Below, piece by piece: positions 1-11,715 of a stretch of DNA of 64,000 nucleotides; within the stretch, counting starts at the first letter, position 1, and each line of letters opens with the position of its first letter. A program made the translations under genes and the position numbers. Source of the DNA: Curvularia clavata. Taxonomy: Eukaryota. A model generated the notes under the pieces. It was not told the origin of the DNA. It saw only the letters and a list, made by a program, of their open reading frames with translations, and searched no databases. The stretch lies in assembly GCA_023920165.1 (NCBI GenBank), contig CP089274.1:2046001-2110000 (forward strand), in the 5' to 3' direction.

Positions 1-128
1 GCGAAGCAGAGTTAGGCGAGGCGAACCAGGATGAGGAGTCGGGTGCAAAAGTCAATGAGGACGATGGTGCGAACGAAGCTTCCAAGCCTTGTCCACCAGA
101 GCCTACACCGACCCCTGCCTTGTCTTAG
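1..128 (+). CDS. Probable 3' end of a gene entering from the left edge; product unknown
   Basis: Frame from position 3 is open (EAELGEANQDEESGAKVNEDDGANEASKPCPPEPTPTPALS*) to TAG at 126-128. T-rich, 3'UTR-like sequence follows. Confidence 0.5.
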   Translation, partial: EAELGEANQDEESGAKVNEDDGANEASKPCPPEPTPTPALS

Positions 129-2515
129 CCCTCGTCCATTTTCCATACATAATGTCCACTACCACTTGGTTTTGCGTATACTGACGATTTTTTATTTTCA
201 CGAACAGTTACCCCTTTAAGGCACACGATACGGCGTTTGCGATTGCTTCATTCATCGAACCCTATTTCGAGACAGCAGCGCCCGCATTCGATATCTTGAA
301 GGCCCACCACCTTAATGTAATATATGTACGATCTTGTACGTTTGGACATGTTCAGCATTTGTTTCGTTCTTCTTTCTTTCTTACTCTTCTTCTTTTCACT
401 TTTTTTTCGTTTTTACTTCTCTTTTTGAATGATTGCGTACAATGGGGCGAGTGCTATTAGAATTGGGACAGCAACTCTGCCTACGGTCTTGTTTCCTTAC
501 CTATTGAGCATCGCATCCGGCTTGGGAAAGTTGGTGCATATAGGATATTGTTTTCATCTTGTTCGCGTTGTTTTCTTTGAGCGTTCAATTTTTGAAGAGC
601 GGATTGCGAAGACGAGCTGAGAGAAACACTTTGTTCGAATACTATATACCCCAACGTTCGAGACACATACAATTCACAAACATTGCTCGCGCCTGACAGT
701 CCGACCGCATGCTCGACCTGAATGTGATATGCTTACGACTATTCTGAGTTGTAGGGCATACTTCCCGCTTAGGGTATGAAGTCCAGCTCATTACAACTGT
801 CGGCTATGCTAACCCTAGGCTAACGAGCAAGCTAATGTAGGTCAAACAGCGGCATTATGCATCTTAAACGACCAGTTGGTATCCGACAGAGGGGAAATAT
901 CCCAATCAAACGCGTCCGAGCACTCGGCCCTCGCCGTTGGCGTCGAACGCGAACGCAAGCCACAAGTCGGGCTGGACCCTTTTAGCGCCGACTTTGGATG
1001 AGGTCTTTCCCAAACCAGGGCTAGGTGCAGGAGATAGGAAGGAGGCGCGGCAGGTAGGTTTGGCTGGAAGAGTGCGTGTGATTCTTTGCGTGGAAAGGAG
1101 CGGACGAAAAGGGAGAGACGGAGTCGCGTGTTGTGGTCGGATTGGGGAGAGAGGTGCATTGTGTGCGTTAGTTATGCATGCAGGTATCTATATACGGATT
1201 GGAAAAGTAACGGGGGAGGAGAGGGCGATGCGCCTGCGGGGGATTGATCTAGAATAGGGAGAAAACGGCAATATGCGAACAGAAATACACTTATGGATGT
1301 AGCGCAAGGAGGAGAAGGGAAAAAAAGGGCCGATAGAAAATGAGGGTTTTGGTAGTAGAGGGCGTGTGAATGGTGGTGACTGTGATAGAACACGAGTCGT
1401 TGTAGTTTGAAGTTAACAGTAGCAGCAGAACGACAACGCCTGGTCTGCCCATTCTCAAACGCCCAACGCACGTTTTCTCCCATTGCAATATCCTTCTTTA
1501 CCGTGTGACTCGCCTCGAGCTTGTCGGCGATGCCGTCTCGCGTAGAGGAAGCACACCCACTACTAGCCGTCTGCTCTGCCTTATGCCACGACGTCAAGCC
1601 ACAAAGAGGCTTGACAGCCGCCTAATGCACATACATACATGACGAATCCAAATTAAGCAGACCATGGCAATTGACGAATGGCGATGCGAAAGCGAGGACA
1701 GCCGCAGCACTGAGATGCAGACTTGCATACGAGAATAGACACGTAGGGTTGCGCTGAGATGAAGGCGGCTTGGAGCCAAGGGACAGCGAGTGACATAGAG
1801 GCAGTCTGACTACGCGCAGGTTACACGCGCTTGGGAAGCAGTCGTACTAGAATGACGGGACCATTCGCTCTGGCGGATCCAAGTCCGGAGAGCAAGGCGC
1901 ATGGCTGGATGGGATAGCGGCATGCAGGTCAAGTTGCATCTTGCACCAGGGAGAGGCGCCATCGACCCACTGCTACCATGCCCTGCCCTTGTGCGGCTGT
2001 GTTTTTACATGCCAGGTGCTGACTCGACTCTCGGTCCCTCGGACGATGTTCGCGGCCTAGTATATGTTTGTTGCTCGTTGCCGGCTGTCGGTTGCTCCAT
2101 CGCTTCTTCCCTCTCTTTCTCTTTAGTCATTGATCCTGAGCAGCGCTTGGAGAAAGGCAGTTGATGTTTTGTTTCGTCTCAAGGATCTTGGGAACTTGCT
2201 CAACCAGGTCGATGCTGGTCAGAGCGGAATAGGTCATAGCATCCTTACCAACCAAGCCCGCCGCCCCGCACTACCCTACCCACCGCTCGTACATCTGCCG
2301 ACCGACCCGTCAGCCGCACTCGACAACGGAACCGCTTTTGCGACTTTCTCTGGTTCACTCGACAGTGCTCATTTCCCACCCACACCCTAACTCACGGCAC
2401 CGCGACGATCCTACTTTAACCGTTGAAGAGAAGCCTCCCTAAACGGGCAGCCCGTCGACGATCTCTCCACAAACGCTTCGACAGCGCCTTCTTCTCCTCC
2501 ACTTCTTAGCTCGAC

Positions 2516-4223
2516 ATGTCTTATTATCCCGGACAGCAGTATCATGGTGGTGGTGGTGGCGGCTACGGTGCACCACCCCCTCAAGGCGGCTATGGTGGCC
2601 CTCCCCAGCAAGGATATCCGCCTCAGCAAAACTATGGTCCTCCGTGAGTACACGACTGGCCAAGCGCGACTGTCTGCCCGCTGACACGTAGTACTAGACC
2701 CCCACAGCAGTACGGAGGATACCAGAGCCCACAGCCACCATACAACAACTACGGACAGCCTACTCCTCCACCGCAGCAGTATGGATACAACCAGGTATGC
2801 ACAGCAATTAGTTTCCAAGACACGTGGGCATCCACGGAGGATTTGGGAATCTGAAGTGAAAACCGGACAAAGAGACTGACGTACTCAAGGGACCACCACC
2901 ACAGCAGTACGGAAACTATGGACACCCGCCCCCGCAGCAGCAACAGCCTCCGCAGCAACCTCCTCGACCAGGTAAACTTTCACTGTTCCGTCTGAACAAA
3001 GTAAAAACGGCACGCTGACAACGTCACCAGGCATGATGCCCACGGTCAACAGCAACCAATGGACACACGGCAACCACAACGCTCCCCCTCCACCGCCTAC
3101 CGGCGCTCAGAACTTTGGCCACGGCGCGCCTAATGGATACTCGTTTCAATACTCAGCATGCAACGGTCGGCGGAAAGCATTGTTAATTGGCATCAACTAC
3201 TTTGGCCAGCGAGGTCAGCTTCGCGGATGTATCAACGATGTCAAGAACATGAGCACCTATCTGAACGAGTTCTTTGGATACAAGCGAGAGGACATGGTAA
3301 CCCTGACCGACGACCAGCAAAACCCCATGAGCCAGCCGACCAAGGCAAACATACTACGAGCGATGCATTGGCTTGTTAAGGACGCACGGCCAAACGATTC
3401 CTTGTTCTTCCACTACTCTGGTGTGTTGATTTGAACCTGGTATCGCTAGTCCCAATATGCTAACATTCACGCAGGACACGGCGGTCAAACAAAAGATCTT
3501 GATGGCGACGAAGACGATGGCTACGATGAAGTAATCTACCCGGTAGACTTCCGCACTGCTGGTCACATTGTTGACGACGAGATGCACCGTATCATGGTTG
3601 CGCCTCTGCAACCCGGAGTTCGACTGACTGCCATTTTTGATTCGTGCCACTCCGGATCTGCGCTCGACCTGCCATACATTTACTCTACCCAGGGCGTACT
3701 CAAAGAGCCAAACCTTGCCAAGGAAGCTGGCCAGGGCTTGCTGGGTATTGTGTCAAGTTATGCACGCGGTGATATTGGCAGCATGATTGGTGGCGCCACC
3801 AGTCTATTCAAGAAAGCGATTAACGGTGATGAGGTGTATAAAAAGAACCTGAGGACCAAGACCAGTCCTGCTGATGTTATCATGTGGAGTGGATCCAAGG
3901 ATACTCAGACTTCGTAAGTTTATGCATTGATAATGAACAAGGGACATGAAGTACTAATGCAAACTAACAGGGCCGACGCGAGTATCGGCGGTGAGGCTAC
4001 AGGAGCCATGTCATGGGCGTTCATCACCGCCCTGCGCAAGAATCCCAACCAAAGCTATGTGCAGCTGCTTAACAGCATTCGTGACGAGCTTGAGGGCAAA
4101 TACCAGCAAAAGCCTCAGTTAAGCTGCAGTCATCCACTGAGTAGGTCTTGTAGGCCCAACAATTAAAAAGGAAAATATGCTCACTGGTGAATAACAGACA
4201 CGGACCTCCTTTACGTCATGTAG
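2516..4223 (+). CDS. MCA1: Type I metacaspase (~443 aa, 7 exons) with Q/P/G/Y-rich N-terminal prodomain
   Basis: Exons 2516-2643, 2698-2794, 2890-2971, 3031-3420, 3475-3913, 3971-4140, 4198-4223 join in frame across GT..AG introns. Motifs [17 protein letters not shown], catalytic HYSGHG and DSCHSG, GAMSWAF, QKPQLS. Confidence 0.96.
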
Positions 4224-5057
4224 ACGTGTGTGAATGAAGTGGAGAAAATAAAAATAAAGCAAAAAGAAAAGGAAGAATCAATGGAGAAAAAGAAGAAAGA
4301 AAGAACGACAATGTTGCAATATCACGGCTGCACACGCACTTACATGGAAAACTTGGGAATAATGATACCCCCTGGCGCCCTTTTGCGATAAAGGGGACAT
4401 GCGGGTAATGAGACGAACGGCAGACGGAGAAGAGAAAACCACATGGAAAACTGTCGAATGACTTGCTATACCCATCATTCCATGTATATATGAGGTTTCG
4501 GAACGGAGGAAGCGGCTCGTGAAATATCCATATCATAGTACTTGCTCACCGAAATTTGCCCATCCCATGGCTATATGTGCCAAGCTTATTTTGTTTCTTT
4601 TGCTAAAGACACGGAGGCTTTCAAGAACCGAGGTAAGGAATCAGTGGAGGAAGAAGAAAGCAAAGAGGGTCGATGGAATGGATATGAGGCCCAACCGGAT
4701 AGAAGAAGCTCTTTGCTTTTTTCGCGATGACAAATGTTCACGGGTCTGTCGTGATGTTTTCCCTTGCCACCATTGCCATGCAACGTCATTGATTGTCGTG
4801 AAAATGCTATTCTATTTGTAGCCCTGAAGTATATTCATAATCATCATGGCATGGATCTTACGATCTCTGGTGTGTAAATGTTCACGTATATATGAAGAAT
4901 GGAGAAAACCCTCCCCTATAGAAAGCCCCAGCAGGAAGACCCAAAAATGGAAAAAGCTCTAGAAAAAAGTCATGTTGAATGAGAAAATCTCCTTATTTCA
5001 AGATATTATAGGAGGAAGGGCGACAGCCCTCATCAGCTTCACATTATCCCGCCTACC

Positions 5058-5936
5058 TTACGCATCCGCCATCTCCTCCTCGACCCAATCTCGCCAGCCC
5101 TTCCATTCGTCCCAGCCAAGACTCACCTTCTTGCCCTGATACCTCACCACCTTAATCTTGATGTTCCTCCACTCACTCTTGCGCCCGCCCCACCCTGCCT
5201 TGCGCATCAAACTAACCAGCGTCTCCTCCTTGCTCCAGCCTTGTTCGCGCGCTACGTCAGGTAAATACGTGCTTCCATAGCGGCGCCCTTTGTCTGTAAA
5301 ACTGATTCGCAGCCCGTGTGTACCAACCTCCCAGTCCATGGGGTCCTCAACAGATTCAAAGTTTGTGAGAAGAGTGACTGCACATTCGAGAGAGGGGAGT
5401 TCGCGCTTGCTGATGGGCGCAAAGCGTGTGTCGTCGAAGGCGGAAGTGAGTGCGTAGGAAGAGAGGCCAGTGGAGAGGGATAGCGGCTCAAAGGTGCCGA
5501 TGCAGCCGCGTAATCGCTTGTCATGGCTCCCGCGCGATATCGTGTTCCAGGTGACGAACAAGGGGTGTGCTTCTTCCTCTTCGTCATCGTCGTCTTCCGA
5601 TTCTGTTTGCTCCGCCGTCGCCTTCTCCCCGAGATTCGTAAGGCTGCTGCTTTGACTCGTCATGCTGCTGACTCCACTGGGTGTGGAACTCGCGCTTGGT
5701 AGACTCGAGGAGCTGCTGGATGACGACGGCGACGCGAGGATACGTGATATGGCGGCGGGTTTTAGCGACGAGGCTGCTCCTTCAGCTGGTTCATCTTCGA
5801 GCTCAGATGTCCGGGTAAGTTCAGTGTTGTACTTCGTCCAAAGGGCTTCAACTCGGGCGAGAGAGAGGGCGGGTCGCTTTTCGAGGCTCGCTACTAGGCT
5901 TTCGAAGCAGTATGCGCAGTGGGCTTGGGTCGCCAT
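5058..5936 (-). CDS. AMMECR1-domain protein (~292 aa, intronless)
   Basis: Starts MATQAHCAYCFESL. Family motifs PLFVTW, LRGCIGTF, SAFDDTRF, TYLPDVA-EQGW, LMRKAG. Confidence 0.93.
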   Translation of the reverse strand: MATQAHCAYCFESLVASLEKRPALSLARVEALWTKYNTELTRTSELEDEPAEGAASSLKPAAISRILASPSSSSSSSSLPSASSTPSGVSSMTSQSSSLTNLGEKATAEQTESEDDDDEEEEAHPLFVTWNTISRGSHDKRLRGCIGTFEPLSLSTGLSSYALTSAFDDTRFAPISKRELPSLECAVTLLTNFESVEDPMDWEVGTHGLRISFTDKGRRYGSTYLPDVAREQGWSKEETLVSLMRKAGWGGRKSEWRNIKIKVVRYQGKKVSLGWDEWKGWRDWVEEEMADA

Positions 5937-6936
5937 AGTGTTGGCTGTTCGTGGGGCACGACGTGAGAGCGGGCGAGCGGAGAACCGGCGGTGGGCGATT
6001 TGGGCGTTCAGGACGAGCCAGAAGAGAACAGGAGCGAGGCAAAAAGACAAAAGGCAGGTTACAAATATGTTTGCGACCAACGCTACAAGGTATGACGAGA
6101 TCCGGGGTATTCGGCAACTGGTAGCTAATCAGGCTGCGGGAGGGCTATGCAGGACGACCAGGAACGAGAACCGTCTCAGCCGATGCACCTCAGCGGTGAG
6201 TCGTGCAAGAGCGTGAGGAGCGTATTGCTATTGGTATACAGTCTTGACGCTCTTGCATCGACTCTAGAGGTTCAACCGGGACGGAGGGGCGGCGGAGCGA
6301 AAGGAGGCGATAAGGAGTAGAGACATGAGGTTGCCCACTACCCCACCTGTTCGGCAAGGTGCACGCTTGGAAATAGTCACTACCTCAACAAATGTAAGAA
6401 GGTCAGAAAGTAAAACATGGTTCATGATATCATTGAATCTGTGTAAGCTACCTCTCGTCTGCCAGGCATGCTTCATAAAAGCTGCTCTGAAACAGTAGGT
6501 ATGTATGTAACCCCATCTTCATGCACACGTGCCCTATGGGGTAAAAGGCAGTGTGTTTGGTAATGATGGGGTGAATTGTTCTTGCCACGATAATTTTCCT
6601 TCAGCAGGTCGAGCATTGAAGAGCTCTGTTGCTGTACACACTAATGGCTGGTTTGAGGTTTGCACCTCGGTCACTCACTCACATCGACTTACCTGGCTAT
6701 ATGCTGTCGAACGGTCGGCCAATGTAACACATCACATGAATAGGCGCGCGCTGGGAAAACCGAGCTGACTTTTCGACTTATTCATTGTTCATGCCTGCGG
6801 TAGGCCTGAAGCCACATGCTTCTATCCCTTGAGTTCGAAGCTGTCAAAGAAAGTCCGAATGCCATTGACGCCGACCAGATGTCTCATAAAGGAATCGAAA
6901 ACCGCCATCGTCGCTCGCTCGTAATCGTATCGGCCT

Positions 6937-7360
6937 TTATGCGCTCTCGCGCTTGCCCTCCTTGACCTCCTTCTGTACGGGTGTTAGCGGATCGCAAACG
7001 CCATCGTGCGGTGTATGGACGGTACGCACCAGAGCGCGCATGGTGCCGTGAAGAGCATGCCTGTGGTTCCTCCTGAACTTGGGGTCGGTTCCCTTGAGCG
7101 AGGGGTAACGGTGGGTCTTAGGCTTCTTGATACTGTAATTCCATCAATCAGTCACTGCTCTGAGATTCATGTATCGATGGACGTTCGATTCGGGGAGGAT
7201 GGTTTGAAGTTCATGGCGCGTGTGCAACGGTGGGAGGATGCGTACCCGTTTCGGTGGTTCTTCTTGGACTGGTTGTGCTGAGACGAGTTCTTGGATTCTA
7301 CACCACTCTGTTAGTTCTCTCATCGGCTCTATCACGAGCATTCGCCAACGTACTGGCCAT
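6937..7360 (-). CDS. RPL29: 60S ribosomal protein L29 (eL29), 65 aa, 4 exons; not recovered by the ORF track
   Basis: Exons 7360-7354, 7297-7246, 7132-7030, 6972-6937 splice to [65 protein letters not shown]. Confidence 0.96.
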
Positions 7361-7457
7361 GGCGACGGTTGTGGAAGTCGATTTGGCTGTGTGGTATTTG
7401 TCGAAGAGCTGAGGTTTGGAGCCGGAATTTCCACTGTGGTGTTTAGCGAGTAGAAAA

Positions 7458-7481
7458 CCGCGCTAGCAAGTCTTAGCGCGG
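7458..7481. promoter_or_regulatory. Perfect 8-bp inverted repeat upstream of RPL29; candidate dimeric TF site
   Basis: CCGCGCTA-N8-TAGCGCGG, about 100 bp upstream of the ATG. Function is inferred. Confidence 0.4.
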
Positions 7482-7770
7482 CTCACAGCATCGACCACCT
7501 TGTCACGCACCATCATGACACGACAACCATCAAGTTATTGTGACAAGATAATATTCATATTGGGGAATTTAATGATATAGACGTTCTAGGTTTCTTCCCA
7601 GGTGCTAACCACTCGAGAAGTTCTCTGGTTTTATGAACACCTCCACACCTCCTAGGCTGCCTGCGTGCCCCAAGCACTCCTGAAGTAGACACATCCCACA
7701 AGACGGAAAAGGCTTCTCTATGAACAAGTCCGTTTCTCCATGTTCTGCCCACATCATCCATAGGCCACCA

Positions 7771-8337
7771 TCACATGACTGTGCAGTCCGTCGCAGGCTT
7801 GTCAGTGTACTTGTACTTGTAATGAGTTTGCTTAGTTCTCTTGCGCCTGCCATTGGGATAATGACCATGACCACGACGGACAAGTCCAGTGTTGCAGACC
7901 ATCGGCCCATGGTTTATAATTGCTGCATCGGGAACCGCTGGCGTATATGGACCTGTAAGCCTGTGGTCGTAGCCCAAGCCTCTCACGTGTCCTATGGGAA
8001 CTACAGCACCAGCCATTGCATGAGAAGTAATTGCAGGGACCCCCCATTCATTTGGAATCTGCCGTGCATTGTCCCATTGACCTGGAATCGTGAAATTTCC
8101 TCCGACGCAGTTACGAATCATCTGGTTGCAGCCCCAAGGTCCTTGAACCATCTCGATTGTCTCATGGTCTGCGAACGCGCTGTTGCACATAGGACATGTG
8201 TATGGTGGTGCAATCAGGGTCTGGTAAACCTGGCGGTAAGGGCAGTTGAGGAGGTCCGAGAGGAAGCCGCATGGTTGACTCATGGAAATCCAGGAGTGAC
8301 CGCATGTTGGCGAATCGTACAGGGTGCACCCACACAT
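7771..8337 (-). CDS. Hypothetical protein (188 aa) with N-terminal Cys/His cluster
   Basis: Intact ATG ORF with MCGC..CGH..C..C..CPMC pattern and a basic C-terminus (RRKRTKQ). Confidence 0.75.
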   Translation of the reverse strand: MCGCTLYDSPTCGHSWISMSQPCGFLSDLLNCPYRQVYQTLIAPPYTCPMCNSAFADHETIEMVQGPWGCNQMIRNCVGGNFTIPGQWDNARQIPNEWGVPAITSHAMAGAVVPIGHVRGLGYDHRLTGPYTPAVPDAAIINHGPMVCNTGLVRRGHGHYPNGRRKRTKQTHYKYKYTDKPATDCTVM

Positions 8338-8688
8338 CTTGAATATCTGCGTGGTCGATGCCAGTAGGTGATACTGTGTCGACTCTATATGCGTGGATAT
8401 GGCACGCGGTCCGAGAAGAAAGCTGTATTAATATATTCTTCTCAGCACTCGCTCATGCAGGTGATGGCAGTGAGAATGGCAGTATTACTTGTGGTCGTGT
8501 GATAGCAATCAAATGGTGATGGGAGGTAGAGAACGTCGAATATTGTGATAGAATTGCTGATATATAGTACATGTTCCAGAAAGGGAAACCTGGACCGTGA
8601 CAAAATGTGTTTACACTGATCTTGGTATGTGAAGCCCTGACCGTTGTCTTTGAGCGATGGAAATAAGGCGTAATTCAATATTCCGCAT

Positions 8689-9242
8689 TCATTGATCATT
8701 CGGAGGCTTCTTATCGAGCATCTCCACCACTCGTGCGTCTTCAGCATTAGCTTCGTCGTTTGCCTGGTTCTTGATCTGCTGCATGAGCTCATACAGCTGG
8801 CCAATTTGTTGGTCTAAGATTCTGTCAGTCAGCGCAGTCGTATGTGCAGAAGGGCAGAACATGCCGCTCATCTTATCGATTTTCGCCTTGTCCATCTTCG
8901 CATCTTTCCAAGAGTCTCCTTCCAGCATCTGGCAGTATGTTTGCCATTCTGACAAAAAGCCAATCTGTGAATGTTAGCATATTGGCGTTGAGGCATGTGT
9001 TTTGTACAGGTCACCTGACTTACAATTTGCACAGGATTTTCGACGTCCCTGTGAGCCCTGAACTCGGCCTTCACATACATGTCACCTAGAAGGCGCTCCT
9101 CTGGACCTAGTCTCTTTCGATGGGACCGTAGCAGGCGTCGGTACAATGGTATTGGCGGCAATAAAGCGGCAGGCGCTGGCTTGAACGGCCGCGATGCCCC
9201 TGCATCCGTTGCAGTAGCTAGCAATCGCGTACAAGCTCTCAT
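8689..9242 (-). CDS. SDH7: Succinate dehydrogenase assembly factor 3 / Acn9 (LYR family), ~147 aa, 3 exons
   Basis: LLPPIPLYRRLLRSHR (LYR), LGDMYVKAEFRAHR, IGFLSEWQ, KMSDQQIGQLYELM. Exons 9242-9024, 8964-8865, 8813-8689; the second intron is GC-AG. Confidence 0.92.
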
Positions 9243-9416
9243 GATGGTAAGCTTCGCACAGAAAAAAGATACTTCAAGACGTCGAGGCAGAAGAAGGGTG
9301 ATACATTCATCGAGTGATGACCTCAGCCTCGGCTTCTAGACTAGGGTGTTCCAGATCTCCTCTCATTCCAATTGGCCCACACGCCACACCTCCGATCCCT
9401 TAACAAAATCGTAATT

Positions 9417-10237
9417 ATGCTGCCCACGCCCTCGACTTCCCACGTCTGTTTTGATCGGGTGTACGAACCAGCTGAGGACTCTTACCTGCTGCTCGACACA
9501 CTCTCATCCGCATCAGAAACTGTGTATCTGCAGGAACGATTCGGTGATGCGTCTTCACCCCCGCCGCTGGTACTTGAAGGTATTGTCGTACCTGCAGTGC
9601 CTAGTATTGTCTTGTCGCTAAGCCAGTGCTCAAAGTGGGCGTAGGATCAGGAGTCGTACTAGCTTTTGTTGCTGCGAATGCGCAAACCATATTTGGTCGG
9701 CATGACGCACTGACGCTTGGTGTTGATATCAATAGCTTCGCCTGCAAAGCGGCTGCCCAAACTGTTCAGAATGCAATCCAAGAACGGGAACATGGTCGCT
9801 CGGTCTTTGCAGACGTAGTGAATGGCGACTTGGCGAGTGCAATCCGACCAGAGTCTGTCGACGTCTTTATCTTCAACCCTCCATATGTACCAGCTGAATT
9901 ACCTGATCTGTCAAGCCATGAGAAGTACAATATGGTACCAGAAGGGAAGAGCACAACCTCGTTTGAGCAAGACTCATACCTTTTGGAGTTGTCGTACGCT
10001 GGTGGTGAAGATGGCATGGTGGTGACAAACAGGATGCTCGAACAGATTCCAGAAATATTGAGCACACAAAGAGGAGTTGCGTACGTACTGTTGTGCGCAC
10101 AGAACAAGCCGGAATTAGTCAAGCAGCGGATAAGAGAGTGGGGTCCGAGTTGGATGGCAGAGACTGTAGGGTCGAGCGGCAAAAAAGCGGGCTGGGAGAA
10201 GTTAGTGATTGTAAGGATATGGCGCAAAACAGATTAG
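9417..10237 (+). CDS. MTQ2: eRF1 glutamine methyltransferase (HemK2/N6AMT1 family), ~254 aa, 2 exons
   Basis: VYEPAEDSYLLLD, SAM-binding LEVGVGSG formed across intron 9580-9635, FNPPYVP, YAGGEDG. Confidence 0.93.
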
Positions 10238-10649
10238 GTGTTGAAGATTGGGTACGATTTCGAACAGCTTCAGGGAATATCGAATTCCCAATCTTATGCA
10301 CTGGTAACGAGATTGAGTTTATTATTTACTAAGTGCACTGCAAGGAGTCTCTCGGTATCTGGATATCATAGGCAACATATCCAGGAGCATAACGGAAGGG
10401 GCCGCACTGGAATGATTGCAAAGGCAGATGTGGCAATGTAGACGGCACCAAAATGGTAGTAGTGATATGCTGAAATCGCGATGCCCCTGTAGGATGCATT
10501 CAATGTGCCGAAGTGACACAAGACTTGAGCAAGATGTTCTAGAAATCCGCATGAATCGTTCCCATCGTATCATGTTCATATTGTACACATTCTTATACAA
10601 ATGCTGTGTCCAGCACACACTACTTTTCGTACACCCATTTCACTGTATG

Positions 10650-11256
10650 CTACCAGAACTTAATATTCTTTTGGTACCAATATCCCCAGCTCCTTTTCCT
10701 CTCTTCTTCTGCCCTTTGCTCTCTCTCTAACCGCTCTTGTTCCTCCCTCGCTCTTCGTCTGGCTTCCTTCTTAGCCTCGATGGTCGCACGCTTCTTCTCC
10801 ATAAGTTCTTGTGCTTGTTTTATACCAGCCTTTTCTTTTGAGCGGTAGTATTGGCATACTTGGTAAGAAACGACAGAAACACCACACCAGGTCGCCACAG
10901 CCCAGTTTGATGCTGTAATAACGGGCTCTGCTTAAAGTTAACATCTTCTCTTGCCTGACTTGGTTGTGAACCAACGGGAATAGTCGTAACATACTGCCTA
11001 TTATAGCTGCTAAGCTGCCTCCGGCAAAACCCGCAGCGAGTCCTTGTAATTGGCTGTCCCGTACACACGGTCGCTTGTGAAAGTTCAAGTAGTATTCTGG
11101 TCCCAGGCTTCTTACTGCGTCAATGTATGTAGGTCCATCCGATGCCTTTTCACCACCTGCTGTGTGTGCTGTACCACCCGGCATAACATTAGCAGGCGCG
11201 CGGGGCTTCGGTGGAAGCGCATTTATGTCGACTGTTGACCTCGTATCTTCAGACAT
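10650..11256 (-). CDS. COX20: Cytochrome c oxidase assembly protein Cox20, ~179 aa, 2 exons
   Basis: FHKRPCVRDSQLQG..GF, TASNWAV..W, YQVCQYYR. Intron 10994-10928 joins the two ORF fragments in frame. Confidence 0.88.
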
Positions 11257-11525
11257 GGTGGTGTGAGAGTTGGACACTCTGGTATGAGGCGGGCAGGCGG
11301 AATTGGAAATCGAGGAGCGAGCGATTCGGGTCGGTGTATACAGTGTAGAATTCACGTGCTGTATGGATTCGTTTGATGCGCAGGTGAGATGTTGGCTGCT
11401 GCTCTTCTGGTGATGCGGAATAGCGCCAAAAATATCCAGCATCCATGATTCCACGATATGTGCACAGCCACTTTTCGTGGCTGAAAATCAATCTGCTGAG
11501 AAAGGCATAGCGTGCACACGCTCCA

Positions 11526-11536
11526 ACGCGTCGCGT
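11526..11536. promoter_or_regulatory. Tandem MCB-like cell-cycle boxes in the COX20/POL2 divergent promoter
   Basis: ACGCGTCGCGT (perfect ACGCGT overlapping TCGCGT), about 180 bp upstream of the POL2 ATG. MCB boxes are typical of fungal DNA replication genes. Confidence 0.65.
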
Positions 11537-11715
11537 TCGGCATTTGCAGATCTACCCTTCCATGCCCCAAGTCCCTGTACACCACACTCTCTCTGCCAAT
11601 TGCCACTCCCCAGTCTCTTCTGTCTTTCAGCCACCTAAATGATACCCCGTTTTGAATAATTTGCATAGTTAGCATTTAATACTCTTTTACCTTCAACCCC
11701 TGCCCACCGTACGGT

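Noticed and set aside
842..1779. Overlapping short ORFs and purine/pyrimidine skew upstream of the metacaspase
   Set aside because: I could not build a coherent ATG-plus-splice model or find a domain. Treated as intergenic, though a non-coding transcript is not excluded.
5937..6080. Hydrophobic 48-aa N-terminal extension of the AMMECR1 ORF
   Set aside because: It begins at TTG, not ATG. The family-like sequence starts at MATQAHC (5936), and the extension reads as pyrimidine-rich 5'UTR.
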